Notes under the pieces: model-generated
What the model was told of the DNA's origin: nothing
The model's database searches: none
Seen by the model: the letters and a program-made list of their open reading frames with translations, nothing else
Assembly (NCBI GenBank): GCA_965208105.1
Contig: OZ242318.1
Span: 3,168,001 to 3,232,000 of the forward strand
Reading direction: 5' to 3'
DNA length: 64,000 bases
Source of the DNA: Candidatus Latescibacterota bacterium
Lineage (GTDB): Bacteria > Latescibacterota > UBA2968 > UBA8231
Position numbers and translations under genes: made by a program
In this document: piece after piece, positions 39,446-48,233 of the stretch
Layout of the letters: each line of letters begins with the position of its first letter
Position numbering within the stretch: the first letter of the stretch is position 1

Positions 39446-41605
39446 ATGAGTGCAACACCGGTTACCGGTTCAACGACCGAAACTTTCCGGAGCAGGGGCG
39501 GGGTCGATATCCGCCGCACGATAGAAGGGGTGCCGATGGAGGGAGCTCTGGAAGGCGTGCTGGAGAAAATCGATACGCATCGCGGGGCGGTCTTTGCAAG
39601 TGGGTACGAGTATCCCGGACGCTACAGCCGCTGGGACGTTGCCTTCGTCGATCCTCCCCTGGAGATTGCCGCACGCCAGCGCTCCTTTGCGCTTCGCGCA
39701 TTGAACGAGCGCGGCGAGCGGCTCCTGCAGATTTTTGCCGGAGCTCTGAAAGGCCACGATCACCTGGCCGAGCTCGACGCGGCCAAAGACGAAATCCGCG
39801 GCCAGGTGAAACCCATGCTGGAGTACTTCGCCGAGGAGGAGCGCAGCAAGCAGCCGACGATCTTCAGCGTTCTGCGCGCCCTGGTCCGCCTGATGTACGC
39901 CGAGGCGGACAACAACCTGGGATTCTACGGAGCCATGGGCTATGACCTGGTTTTTCAGTTCGAACCCATTGAACTGCGCCACTCGCGCCCGGCTGAACAC
40001 CTGGATCTGCACCTCTTCGTGCCCGACGAACTGATCGTCGTCGATCACCGCAAGGAGAGGGCCAGGCGAATTCGCTACGATTTCACTTCGGGAGACCACT
40101 CTACCCGTGGCCTGGAGCGCGGCGGTGACGTGCTGCCGTTGCTGCGGGGCGCGACGACGGAGGTGAACAGCGACCACGGTGCGGGCGAGTACGCCGGCAA
40201 GGTGGGCGAAATCATCGCGGGCACGGAACGGGGCGACTTCTTCGAGGTGGTGCTGGGCCAGGTGCTGTGCGCGGGCTATTCAGGAACCCCTCGCGACCTG
40301 TTCGAGAGTATTCGCAGGAGGAATCCGAGTCCCTACGAGTTTTTGATAAACCTCGGCGGGGAGCAACTGGTGGGCGCCTCCCCCGAGATGTTCGTGCGGA
40401 TGGAGGACCGCCTGGTGGAGACCTGCCCCATTGCCGGGACGATCCAGCGCGGGGAAACTCCCATGGAAGACGCCGATCGGATTCTGGAGCTGCTGAACTC
40501 CGAAAAGGACAATGCCGAGCTCACCATGTGCACGGACGTGGACCGCAACGACAAGTCGAGAGTCTGCAAGCCCGGTACGGTTCAGGTGCTCGGGCGACGG
40601 CTCGTGGAGATATACTCGAAGCTGATCCACACGGTGGACTACGTCGCCGGAGAGCTGCGCGACGACTGCGATGGTTTCGACGCTCTGCTCTCGCACATGT
40701 GGGCGTGCACCGTGACCGGCGCCCCCAAGCCGGCCGCTATGCAGAAGATCGAGGACCTTGAGAACTCGGCTCGTCGCTGGTACGGCGGCTGCGTTGGAAT
40801 GGTGTTGTTCAGCGGCGAAGTAAATACGGGCATTACCATACGAACGGTGCACCTGGAGAATGGCAAGGCCAGCGTTCGCGCCGGCGCCACCCTGCTATGC
40901 GACTCGGACCCGGTGGAAGAAGAGCTCGAGACGCGGACCAAGGCGGAAGCCTTCATCCAGGCCATTCTCGACCAGGCACCCCCATCGAAGGGTCCACATG
41001 GAGCGGTTGCCGACACCGGCAGGGGCAAGAGGGTTCTCTTTGTGGACAATCGCGATTCGTTCGTTCACACTCTGGCCAACTACGTGCGCCAGACCGGAGC
41101 CGAGGTGACGACGGTGCGCGCGGGTTTCCCCGACCAGGTCTTTGACCAGGTCCGCCCCGACCTGGTTTTCATTTCTCCAGGACCTGGCACGCCGGAGGAG
41201 TTCGGCGTGGGGGAGCTGGTGCACCGCTGTGTCGAGCGCAGGCTTCCAATCTTTGGAGTCTGCCTCGGCCTGCAGGGGATGGTCGAGGCCTTCGGCGGCA
41301 GATTGGGAGTATTGTCGTACCCCATGCATGGCAAAAGTTCGATGATAAAGTGCATTCCCCGAGGAATTCTCGAAGGGTTTCCGGAGGAATTTGTCGCCGG
41401 ACGCTATCACTCGCTCTTCGCCGAGCCCGAGGATCTGCCCGACTGCTTTACCGTGTCCGCCCGCAGCGAAGACGGCGTGATCATGGCCGTGCAGCACCGG
41501 GAGTATCCAGCCGCCGCCGTGCAGTTTCACCCCGAGTCGATTCTGACCTTGAAGGACGATCTGGGGCTGCGCCTCATCGCCCAGGTCATGGCCCAATTGA
41601 CCTAG
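39446..41605 (+). CDS. trpE: fused anthranilate synthase TrpE(G)
   Basis: 'SGYEYPGRYSRWD', 'NPSPY', 'GASPEMFVR', 'ELTMCTDVDRND', 'TGAPK', 'WYGG', then GATase 'DSFVHTL', 'SPGPG', 'GVCLG.Q', 'QFHPES'. Confidence 0.95.
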   Translation: MSATPVTGSTTETFRSRGGVDIRRTIEGVPMEGALEGVLEKIDTHRGAVFASGYEYPGRYSRWDVAFVDPPLEIAARQRSFALRALNERGERLLQIFAGALKGHDHLAELDAAKDEIRGQVKPMLEYFAEEERSKQPTIFSVLRALVRLMYAEADNNLGFYGAMGYDLVFQFEPIELRHSRPAEHLDLHLFVPDELIVVDHRKERARRIRYDFTSGDHSTRGLERGGDVLPLLRGATTEVNSDHGAGEYAGKVGEIIAGTERGDFFEVVLGQVLCAGYSGTPRDLFESIRRRNPSPYEFLINLGGEQLVGASPEMFVRMEDRLVETCPIAGTIQRGETPMEDADRILELLNSEKDNAELTMCTDVDRNDKSRVCKPGTVQVLGRRLVEIYSKLIHTVDYVAGELRDDCDGFDALLSHMWACTVTGAPKPAAMQKIEDLENSARRWYGGCVGMVLFSGEVNTGITIRTVHLENGKASVRAGATLLCDSDPVEEELETRTKAEAFIQAILDQAPPSKGPHGAVADTGRGKRVLFVDNRDSFVHTLANYVRQTGAEVTTVRAGFPDQVFDQVRPDLVFISPGPGTPEEFGVGELVHRCVERRLPIFGVCLGLQGMVEAFGGRLGVLSYPMHGKSSMIKCIPRGILEGFPEEFVAGRYHSLFAEPEDLPDCFTVSARSEDGVIMAVQHREYPAAAVQFHPESILTLKDDLGLRLIAQVMAQLT

Positions 41606-41718
41606 ACCTTATGTATTGACGGAGATATGAAAGACCTCCTCCGACTCGGTTGTCGGGGGTTATCTTTGGGAAAACGGAGTTCACCCAAAGACCTATCCCC
41701 AGCGAGAAGGAGGAGGCC

Positions 41719-42858
41719 ATGCGTAAATCTACGAAATTCGTCGCCTTGGACATACATAAAGATTCGATCACCGTCGCCCTGGCCGGTGAAGGCCGAAAAG
41801 GGCCAGACCTGTATGGAACGATACCGTCTACGGGCGCCGCGTTGTCCAAGCTGGCGGGCCAACTGGCCCGTGGTGGGACCTCGTTGCGGTTTTGCTACGA
41901 GGCCGGACCCTGCGGCTACGGCGTCTACCGTCAGCTCACAGCCCTGGGGCACGCCTGCACGGTGGTGGCGCCCTCGCTGATCCCGCGTCGGCCGGGCGAC
42001 CGCATCAAGACCGACCGCCGCGATGCTGTGTCTCTGGTGCGGCTTTTCCAACACGGCGAGTTGACCCCCGTGTGGGTGCCCGACGAAGCGCAGGAGGCGA
42101 TGCGCGATCTGGAGCGCTGCCGGGAAGACTTCAAGCACGCCGAGCGCCGCGTGCGCCAGCGGCTGAACAGCTTCTTGCAGCGCCACGGCCGGATCTACTC
42201 CGGGCGCAGTCGCTGGACCCAAGCCCACTTTCGCTGGCTGCAGACCCAGCGCTTCGATCATCCGGCCCAGCAGATCGTCTTTCAGGAATACGTGGACGCG
42301 GTACAGGAAGCCCAAGGTCGGATCCAGGGGTTGGACCAGGCCCTGCAGCAGGCGCTGGAGGGATGGTCTTTGGAAGGGGAGACGCGGGCTATGAGGGCGC
42401 TGCGCGGGGTAGACACGCTCACCGCGGTTACGACCCTGGCCGAGTTGGGGGACCTCACCCGCTTTGACTCGCCGCGCCAACTGATGGCCTTCGTCGGTCT
42501 GGTCCCCAGCGAGCATTCCAGCGGCTCCCGCCAAAAGCGAGGGGCGATCACCAAGGCGGGCAACGCCCACGTGCGGCGCGTGCTGGTGGAAGCCGCCTGG
42601 TGCTATCGCTTTCCCGCCCGCAAGACGGCCGCCTTGCAACGACGCGCCGAACAGACCGCACCCCCCATACAGGCCATCGCCTGGAAGGCACAGAAACGCC
42701 TGTGTGGGCGCTATCGACGGCTGAGTGGGCGAGGGATGCCGAAAAACAAAGTCTGCACCGCGATCGCGCGGGAGCTTTTGGGTTTCATCTGGGCCATCGC
42801 CTGGGAGCAGAAACGCCCCGGCCGCCTCGTGGCCAGGAGGCCTCGGATCGCCGCCTGA
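41719..42858 (+). CDS. IS110-family DEDD recombinase (intact)
   Basis: 'ALDIHK', 'CYEAG', 'KTDRRDA', 'GLVPSEHSSG', 'ITKAGN..VRRVLVEAA'; AGGAGG SD. Confidence 0.95.
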   Translation: MRKSTKFVALDIHKDSITVALAGEGRKGPDLYGTIPSTGAALSKLAGQLARGGTSLRFCYEAGPCGYGVYRQLTALGHACTVVAPSLIPRRPGDRIKTDRRDAVSLVRLFQHGELTPVWVPDEAQEAMRDLERCREDFKHAERRVRQRLNSFLQRHGRIYSGRSRWTQAHFRWLQTQRFDHPAQQIVFQEYVDAVQEAQGRIQGLDQALQQALEGWSLEGETRAMRALRGVDTLTAVTTLAELGDLTRFDSPRQLMAFVGLVPSEHSSGSRQKRGAITKAGNAHVRRVLVEAAWCYRFPARKTAALQRRAEQTAPPIQAIAWKAQKRLCGRYRRLSGRGMPKNKVCTAIARELLGFIWAIAWEQKRPGRLVARRPRIAA

Positions 42859-42911
42859 TAAGCTCATCGTCTCAGAAGCCGGCATAGGACCTTTGCTCAT
42901 GTAAATCGAAA

Positions 42912-43081
42912 CGGGACAGAAGGGACCGGTCAGGAGAATCCTCGAAGACACTATGAGGCGCCTATCAGGCTGACCCTCGACTCTAGATTGAGGCCGCTCC
43001 GCGACGCACCCAGGACAGGCGGTAACCAACCCGCGAATATCAGTCGGATCAACCGTCGCTACAGCGTCCCTTCTGTTCCCG
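42912..43081 (+). ncRNA. putative bridge/seek RNA of the IS1111-type element
   Basis: Closing stem CGGGACAGAAGGGAC / GTCCCTTCTGTTCCCG encloses two internal loops carrying target-matching (GACACTA, CTAG) and donor-matching (ATATCAG) segments. Confidence 0.65.
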
Positions 43082-43151
43082 AACAAACTCATGCAAAGAT
43101 AACACCCGAAACGACCACCCCGGAGGGGGTTGACAACCGTCAATACATATC

Positions 43152-43317
43152 AGTGTCCCGTAGCAGAGATATGTCGCCATTATTCCGCCGATCCATCCCG
43201 GCTCACGGCGTTGCCTTCACTCGCCGTACACCACTGGTACGACTCGCTCAGGCGCCTTGTGAGCCGGGCGCCTCGGCGGCCCAATTTCGTCAACCTATCT
43301 CTGCGACGGGACACTAG
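43152..43317. repeat. ~168-bp MITE-like repeat, copy 1
   Basis: TIR-like ends (CT)AGTGTCCCGTAGCAGAGATA ... TATCTCTGCGACGGGACACTAG; near-identical copy at 57946-58113. Confidence 0.9.
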
Positions 43318-43384
43318 CGGAACCATGGTGGGACCTGGGCGAGGCACATCAGGATCGGATCCTTCGTTCACCAGGGGCAGACAA

Positions 43385-43948
43385 GTGATCTTGGTACTTG
43401 ATAATTACGATTCGTTTACCTACAATTTGACCCAATATCTCCAAATCCTTGGCGCCCAGGTCCTCGTGTATCAGAACGATGAGCTTTCCATCGAGGAGAT
43501 CGAGGCCCTGGCCCCGGAGAAAATCGTCATATCTCCGGGGCCTTCCACGCCCGACCAGGCGGGCATCTCCCTGGAGGTTGTCCGCCGTTTCGCCCCGGGG
43601 ATTCCCCTGCTCGGGGTTTGCCTGGGCCACCAGGCAATCGGACAAGCTTTCGGCGGAGTGGTGGCGCGGGCTCCTCGTGTCGTGCACGGAAAGACCGCGG
43701 AGATCTACCACGATGGCCGCACCATCTATGAGGGACTGGACAATCCACTGGTCGCCACCTGCTATCACTCACTGATGGTGGAGCGCGAAACGGTTCCGGA
43801 TTGTCTCGAGATTTCCGCCGAGACCGAAGACGGAATCGTAATGGGGTTGCGCCACAGGAAGTACGCCGTCGAAGGGGTGCAATTTCACCCGGAATCGATT
43901 CTCACGACCCAGGGCAAAGACCTTTTGAGCAATTTCCTGCGGGAATAA
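43385..43948 (+). CDS. trpG: glutamine amidotransferase TrpG/PabA
   Basis: 'LDNYDSFTYNL', 'ISPGP', 'GVCLGHQ', 'YHSL', 'GVQFHPESI'; GTG start. Confidence 0.92.
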   Translation: MILVLDNYDSFTYNLTQYLQILGAQVLVYQNDELSIEEIEALAPEKIVISPGPSTPDQAGISLEVVRRFAPGIPLLGVCLGHQAIGQAFGGVVARAPRVVHGKTAEIYHDGRTIYEGLDNPLVATCYHSLMVERETVPDCLEISAETEDGIVMGLRHRKYAVEGVQFHPESILTTQGKDLLSNFLRE

Positions 43949-43976
43949 GGACACCTTCCAGAGCAAAGGGCAGAGG

Positions 43977-44987
43977 ATGATACAGGAAGCCATACAAAAA
44001 CTCGTCGGTGGACGCGGTCTGACCCGCGAAGAAGCTCGCGGGGTGATGGACCAGATCATGAGCGGCGGAGCTACCGATGCCCAGATCGGGGCCTTTCTGG
44101 TCGCCTTGCGCTGCAAGGGAGAGAGCGTGGACGAAATCGCCGGCTGCGCCCAGGCGATGCGGGAGAAGGCTACCCGCGTCCAGACAAGCAGGGACCCGGT
44201 GATCGACACTTGCGGCACGGGAGGTGACGGTTCCGGTACCTTCAACATTTCGACGACCGTCGCTTTCGTTGCAGCCGGAGCCGGGTTGTGCGTGGCCAAG
44301 CACGGCAACCGCGCCATGTCGAGCCAGTGCGGTTCGGCGGACGTGCTTCAGGCCCTGGGGGTCAATATAGAAATCAGCCCCGACAAGGTGGGGAAATGCC
44401 TCGACGAGGCGGGCATCGGCTTTCTGTTTGCACCGCTGCTCCATGGCGCAATGAAGCACGCAATCGGTCCCCGCCGCGAGATCGGTGCGCGCACGGTTTT
44501 CAATGCCCTCGGGCCGCTGACCAATCCCGCCGGTGCCAGGAGGCAGTTGATCGGTGTTTACGACGGCGATCTGACCGGGAAGCTGGCCGGGGTGCTGCAT
44601 GAACTGGGCTCGGAACGCGCCTTCGTAGTCCATGGCAGCGACGGTTTGGACGAGATTACCCTGACCGGCATGACCCGGGTCGCCGAGCTGAACGCTGGAA
44701 GCATCGAAACCTACGAGATCAGGCCCGGGGATTTGGGTTTCGATGAAGCCGGAGTGGAGGAGCTGAAGGGAGGCAATGCGGAGGAGAACGCGGGGATCCT
44801 GCTGGAGGTGCTCGATGGAGGGAAAGGACCCCGCAGTGATGTGGTGTTGATGAACGCAGCCGCAGCCATCGCGGCCGGTGGCCTGGCGTCCAGCCTGGAG
44901 GAAGGGGTCGACCGGGCGCGATCCGCGATTTCCTCGGGCAGGGCGCGGGAAGCCCTCGAGAAGCTGAAAGGGGTAAGCAATAGTTGA
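43977..44987 (+). CDS. trpD: anthranilate phosphoribosyltransferase
   Basis: 'DTCGTGGDG..TFNIST', 'KHGNR..SS..GSAD', 'RTVFN.LGPLTNP', 'GLDEI'. Confidence 0.97.
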   Translation: MIQEAIQKLVGGRGLTREEARGVMDQIMSGGATDAQIGAFLVALRCKGESVDEIAGCAQAMREKATRVQTSRDPVIDTCGTGGDGSGTFNISTTVAFVAAGAGLCVAKHGNRAMSSQCGSADVLQALGVNIEISPDKVGKCLDEAGIGFLFAPLLHGAMKHAIGPRREIGARTVFNALGPLTNPAGARRQLIGVYDGDLTGKLAGVLHELGSERAFVVHGSDGLDEITLTGMTRVAELNAGSIETYEIRPGDLGFDEAGVEELKGGNAEENAGILLEVLDGGKGPRSDVVLMNAAAAIAAGGLASSLEEGVDRARSAISSGRAREALEKLKGVSNS

Positions 44988-45769
44988 ACGCCGCCAATAT
45001 CCTCGAGGAGATTTCCGCCTGCAAGCTGGAGTTCCTGGAACATGCAAAGCGCCTGCGGACATTGGAAGAGGTGCGCAGCGCCGCCCGCGACACCCCCGAA
45101 CCGGCAGATTTTGCAGGAGCTCTCCAGGGTGATGGAATAGCCCTGATTGCCGAGCTCAAGAAGGCTTCTCCTTCCAGGGGGGTAATCCGTCCCGATTTCG
45201 AACCGGAGCGAATCGCCGGCATCTACGCCGAGAACGGGGCACGGGCGCTTTCGGTGTTGACCGACGAGGTGTATTTTCAGGGAAACATCGCCCACCTTCA
45301 AGCCGCTCGCCGGGTTTCCGGTCTTCCTGTCCTGCGCAAGGATTTCACCGTCGATCCCTACCAGATCTACGAGTCGCGGCTCATCGGCGCCGACGCCGTT
45401 CTGCTTATCGCCGCATTGATGGACGGGGGGCAGTTGGAGGATTTCGCCGGACTGGGAGGGGACCTGGGTTTGGCGGTGCTGGTGGAGGTGCACACGGCAG
45501 GAGAATTGAGATGTGCCCTTCAGGCGCAGTCCCGCCTGGTGGGGATCAACAACCGGGACTTGAGGACCTTCGAGACCAACCTGGAGACTACCTTCGAACT
45601 GCTTCCACGAATCCCCGGAGACATTACCACCGTAAGCGAGAGCGGAATCGGTCGGCGCGAGGACGTCGAGAGCCTGCAGGATGCAGGAGTCAACGCGATG
45701 CTGGTCGGCGAATCGTTGATGGCTGAGGAAGATATCGGGGCAAAGGTGAGGGAACTGCTGGCAAGTTAG
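44984..45769 (+). CDS. trpC: indole-3-glycerol phosphate synthase
   Basis: 'IAELKKASPSRG', 'SVLTD..YFQG', 'LRKDF', 'LVEVH', 'GINNRDL', 'SESGI', 'LVGESLM'. Confidence 0.97.
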   Translation: MNAANILEEISACKLEFLEHAKRLRTLEEVRSAARDTPEPADFAGALQGDGIALIAELKKASPSRGVIRPDFEPERIAGIYAENGARALSVLTDEVYFQGNIAHLQAARRVSGLPVLRKDFTVDPYQIYESRLIGADAVLLIAALMDGGQLEDFAGLGGDLGLAVLVEVHTAGELRCALQAQSRLVGINNRDLRTFETNLETTFELLPRIPGDITTVSESGIGRREDVESLQDAGVNAMLVGESLMAEEDIGAKVRELLAS

Positions 45770-45834
45770 ATACGCTGCCGGCAGTGCTCTGCCCCTCGTC
45801 ACTTGCCGCACTGGCCGCCAAAGAAGAAGAGGAG

Positions 45835-46821
45835 ATGGGAAAAAAGCGCGTATTCTCCGGAATTCAACCTTCCGGTTCTCTGCACCTGGGCAACTACCTC
45901 GGAGCCATCCGCAACTGGGTGCATGATCAGGACAAGTTCGAGAACATCTTCTGCGTGGTGGACCAGCATGCAATCACGGTTCCTTACGACCCGGGCGATT
46001 TGAAGAGAGGTGTTCGCGAAGCCGTGGGCATATATCTGGCGGCAGGGCTCGATCCGCAGCGCTGCTTCATCTTTGTGCAGTCTCATGTCCACGAGCACAC
46101 CGAGTTGGCATGGCTGCTGACCTGCCTGACTCCCATGGGCTGGTTACAGCGCATGACCCAGTTCAAGGAAAGGTCGGAAGGTCGGCGAGGAAATGTCGGC
46201 GCCGGGCTCTTCACCTATCCGACCCTGATGGCGGCGGACATACTTCTCTATCAGGCCCATGGCGTGCCCGTGGGAGACGACCAGAAGCAGCACGTGGAGC
46301 TGGCGCGCGATATCGCACAGCGTTTCAACCATCTCTTCGGGGATGTCTTCACCATTCCGGAGCCCGTGATTCCGCCGGTTGGAGCACGGGTCATGGGACT
46401 GGACGATCCGACCAGAAAAATGTCCAAATCGGAAGGCAACCAGTACCACCGGATAGGGCTTCTGGACGGACCGGACCTCATCCGCAAGAAGCTTTCGCGG
46501 GCGGTGACGGACTCGCAGCGGGACATCGAATTCGACCCCGGTCGGCCTGGCGTCTTCAACCTTCTGACCATCTACCGGGTACTCGCAGAAAAAAGCGCGG
46601 AGGAAATCGAAGCGCACTTCGAGGGCAAGGGCTACGGTGACTTGAAGGGCGAACTTGCGGATCTGGTCATTGCGGACCTCGAACCTCTGCAGGCGCGCTA
46701 CAGGGAGGTGACGGAAGACCCCTCGTACATCGATGGCTTGCTGCAGCAGAACGTGGAAAAGTTGCGGCCGATCGTGGATCAGACCATGGACCGGGTGCGT
46801 CGAGCCATGGGCCTTAGGTAG
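45835..46821 (+). CDS. trpS: tryptophanyl-tRNA synthetase
   Basis: 'SGIQPSG.LHLGNY', 'YPTLMAADIL', 'VPVGDDQKQH', 'KMSKS'. Confidence 0.97.
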   Translation: MGKKRVFSGIQPSGSLHLGNYLGAIRNWVHDQDKFENIFCVVDQHAITVPYDPGDLKRGVREAVGIYLAAGLDPQRCFIFVQSHVHEHTELAWLLTCLTPMGWLQRMTQFKERSEGRRGNVGAGLFTYPTLMAADILLYQAHGVPVGDDQKQHVELARDIAQRFNHLFGDVFTIPEPVIPPVGARVMGLDDPTRKMSKSEGNQYHRIGLLDGPDLIRKKLSRAVTDSQRDIEFDPGRPGVFNLLTIYRVLAEKSAEEIEAHFEGKGYGDLKGELADLVIADLEPLQARYREVTEDPSYIDGLLQQNVEKLRPIVDQTMDRVRRAMGLR

Positions 46822-46832
46822 AGGAGCGAAAG

Positions 46833-47111
46833 ATGGATCTGAGCGACTGGCGGGCGCGCATTGACATGGTGGATCAAATTGTTGTGGACCTCCTCAACAA
46901 GCGCCTGAGCTATGCCGAGGAAATTGGCAAAATCAAACGCGGCCGCGGTCAGCAGATACTCGATCCCGATCGGGAAAAGGCTGTGCTGCACGGGGTAGTC
47001 GATTACAACCAGGGGCCAATCAGAAGCCAAACTCTGATTGCAATTTTCAAGCACATCATCCAGGAGGCCCGAGAGCTGGAGGAAAAGCAGGAGGAGGCAA
47101 ACCTTCTTTAA
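46833..47111 (+). CDS. chorismate mutase (AroQ class, CM_2)
   Basis: 'L...R.RID.VD..VVDLLNKR....EIG.IK....I.DP.RE..VL'. Confidence 0.9.
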   Translation: MDLSDWRARIDMVDQIVVDLLNKRLSYAEEIGKIKRGRGQQILDPDREKAVLHGVVDYNQGPIRSQTLIAIFKHIIQEARELEEKQEEANLL

Positions 47112-48198
47112 GCGCATCGCGATCATAGGCGTGGGGCTGATTGGCGGCTCCATGGGGCTCGGCCTGAAGCGCGCGGGATACTCCGGGGACGTGGTGGGCG
47201 TCAGCCGACCGGAGACCATAGAGCAGGCCCTCGAACTCGGCGTCATCGACGCGGGATGGAGCTATGATGAAATGGAGCTCGCTCTTTCGGGCGCCGACCT
47301 GATCTTCATCTGCACGCCGATTCAGCGCATTCTCCGACTGTTCGAGGAGGTAGGGCGCTGCGCAGATCCGGGGACCCTGGTCACGGATGTGGGCAGCACG
47401 AAGCGCAGCATAATGGCCAAGGCCGCGTCCAGCCTGCGGAGAGATCTCTACTTCATTGGCGGACATCCGATGGCCGGATCTGAAAAGGCCGGAGTGAGCG
47501 CCGCAGACCCCTTCTTGTTCCAGAACGCCATCTACATCCTCACCGCCGCCTCGAACGTGCCCCGCGGGCACTTCACTGCCTTTGTCGAGCTGCTGGAGCA
47601 GGTGGGAGCCCGGGTGCTCGAACTGTCTGCAGATACCCACGATCAGGTAGTGGCCGCCATCAGTCACCTTCCCCAGATAATGGCTACCTCCCTTGTTGAG
47701 ATGGTGGGCGAAATGAACGAGGAGGATGGGTTTTTCCTGCCCCTGGCCGCAGGGGGATTCCGCGATCTGACGCGCATTGCTTCGAGTTCCTACGCGCCCA
47801 TGTGGAGGGACATCTGCCGCACCAACGCGGACCAGATCCGGGCGATGATCGACCGCTACATAGCAGTGCTCGAGGACGTCCGCGACCGCATCGAAGAGGA
47901 GAGCCTGCAGCGGGACTTTTCCTATGCCAGGGAAATCCGGGCGAAAATCCCGAGGGACGCCAAGGGGTTTATTCACACCCTGTTCGAAATTCTCGTAGTT
48001 GCCGAGGACAAGCAGGGAGTCATCGCCGAAATAGCCGCGGCCCTGGCTGGAGAGCGGATCAATATCAACGACATCGAGGTCATGAAGGTGCGCGAGGGCG
48101 AGGGCGGGACGATACGTCTGGGATTCGATTCGGAAGATGCCTGCGAGCGGGCAATGGAGATTCTGTCGGGCCTGGGGTATCAGGCGCGAAGGCCTTGA
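47038..48198 (+). CDS. tyrA: prephenate dehydrogenase with C-terminal ACT domain (start uncertain)
   Basis: 'IAIIGVGLIGGS', 'TDVGSTK', 'GGHPMAGSE', 'HD..VA.ISHLPQ', 'GFRDLTRIA', ACT 'DKQGVIA'. No clean start codon at the domain boundary. Confidence 0.92.
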   Translation: MQFSSTSSRRPESWRKSRRRQTFFKRIAIIGVGLIGGSMGLGLKRAGYSGDVVGVSRPETIEQALELGVIDAGWSYDEMELALSGADLIFICTPIQRILRLFEEVGRCADPGTLVTDVGSTKRSIMAKAASSLRRDLYFIGGHPMAGSEKAGVSAADPFLFQNAIYILTAASNVPRGHFTAFVELLEQVGARVLELSADTHDQVVAAISHLPQIMATSLVEMVGEMNEEDGFFLPLAAGGFRDLTRIASSSYAPMWRDICRTNADQIRAMIDRYIAVLEDVRDRIEEESLQRDFSYAREIRAKIPRDAKGFIHTLFEILVVAEDKQGVIAEIAAALAGERININDIEVMKVREGEGGTIRLGFDSEDACERAMEILSGLGYQARRP

Positions 48199-48233
48199 GT
48201 GAAGGAGTGATTCTTTCGGACGAGGGGTAGAAT

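Larger units (their letters stand above)
41606..43153 (+). mobile_element. IS110-family (IS1111-type) insertion sequence
   Basis: 13-bp subterminal IRs TATGTATTGACGG (41610-41622) and CCGTCAATACATA (43137-43149); AG core at both junctions; long 3' non-coding end; TTGACA at 43130-43135. Confidence 0.9.

Noticed and set aside
43130-43160. IS-derived outward promoter driving trpG-D-C
   Set aside because: TTGACA is present, but no -10-like hexamer lies 16-18 nt downstream in the inserted state.
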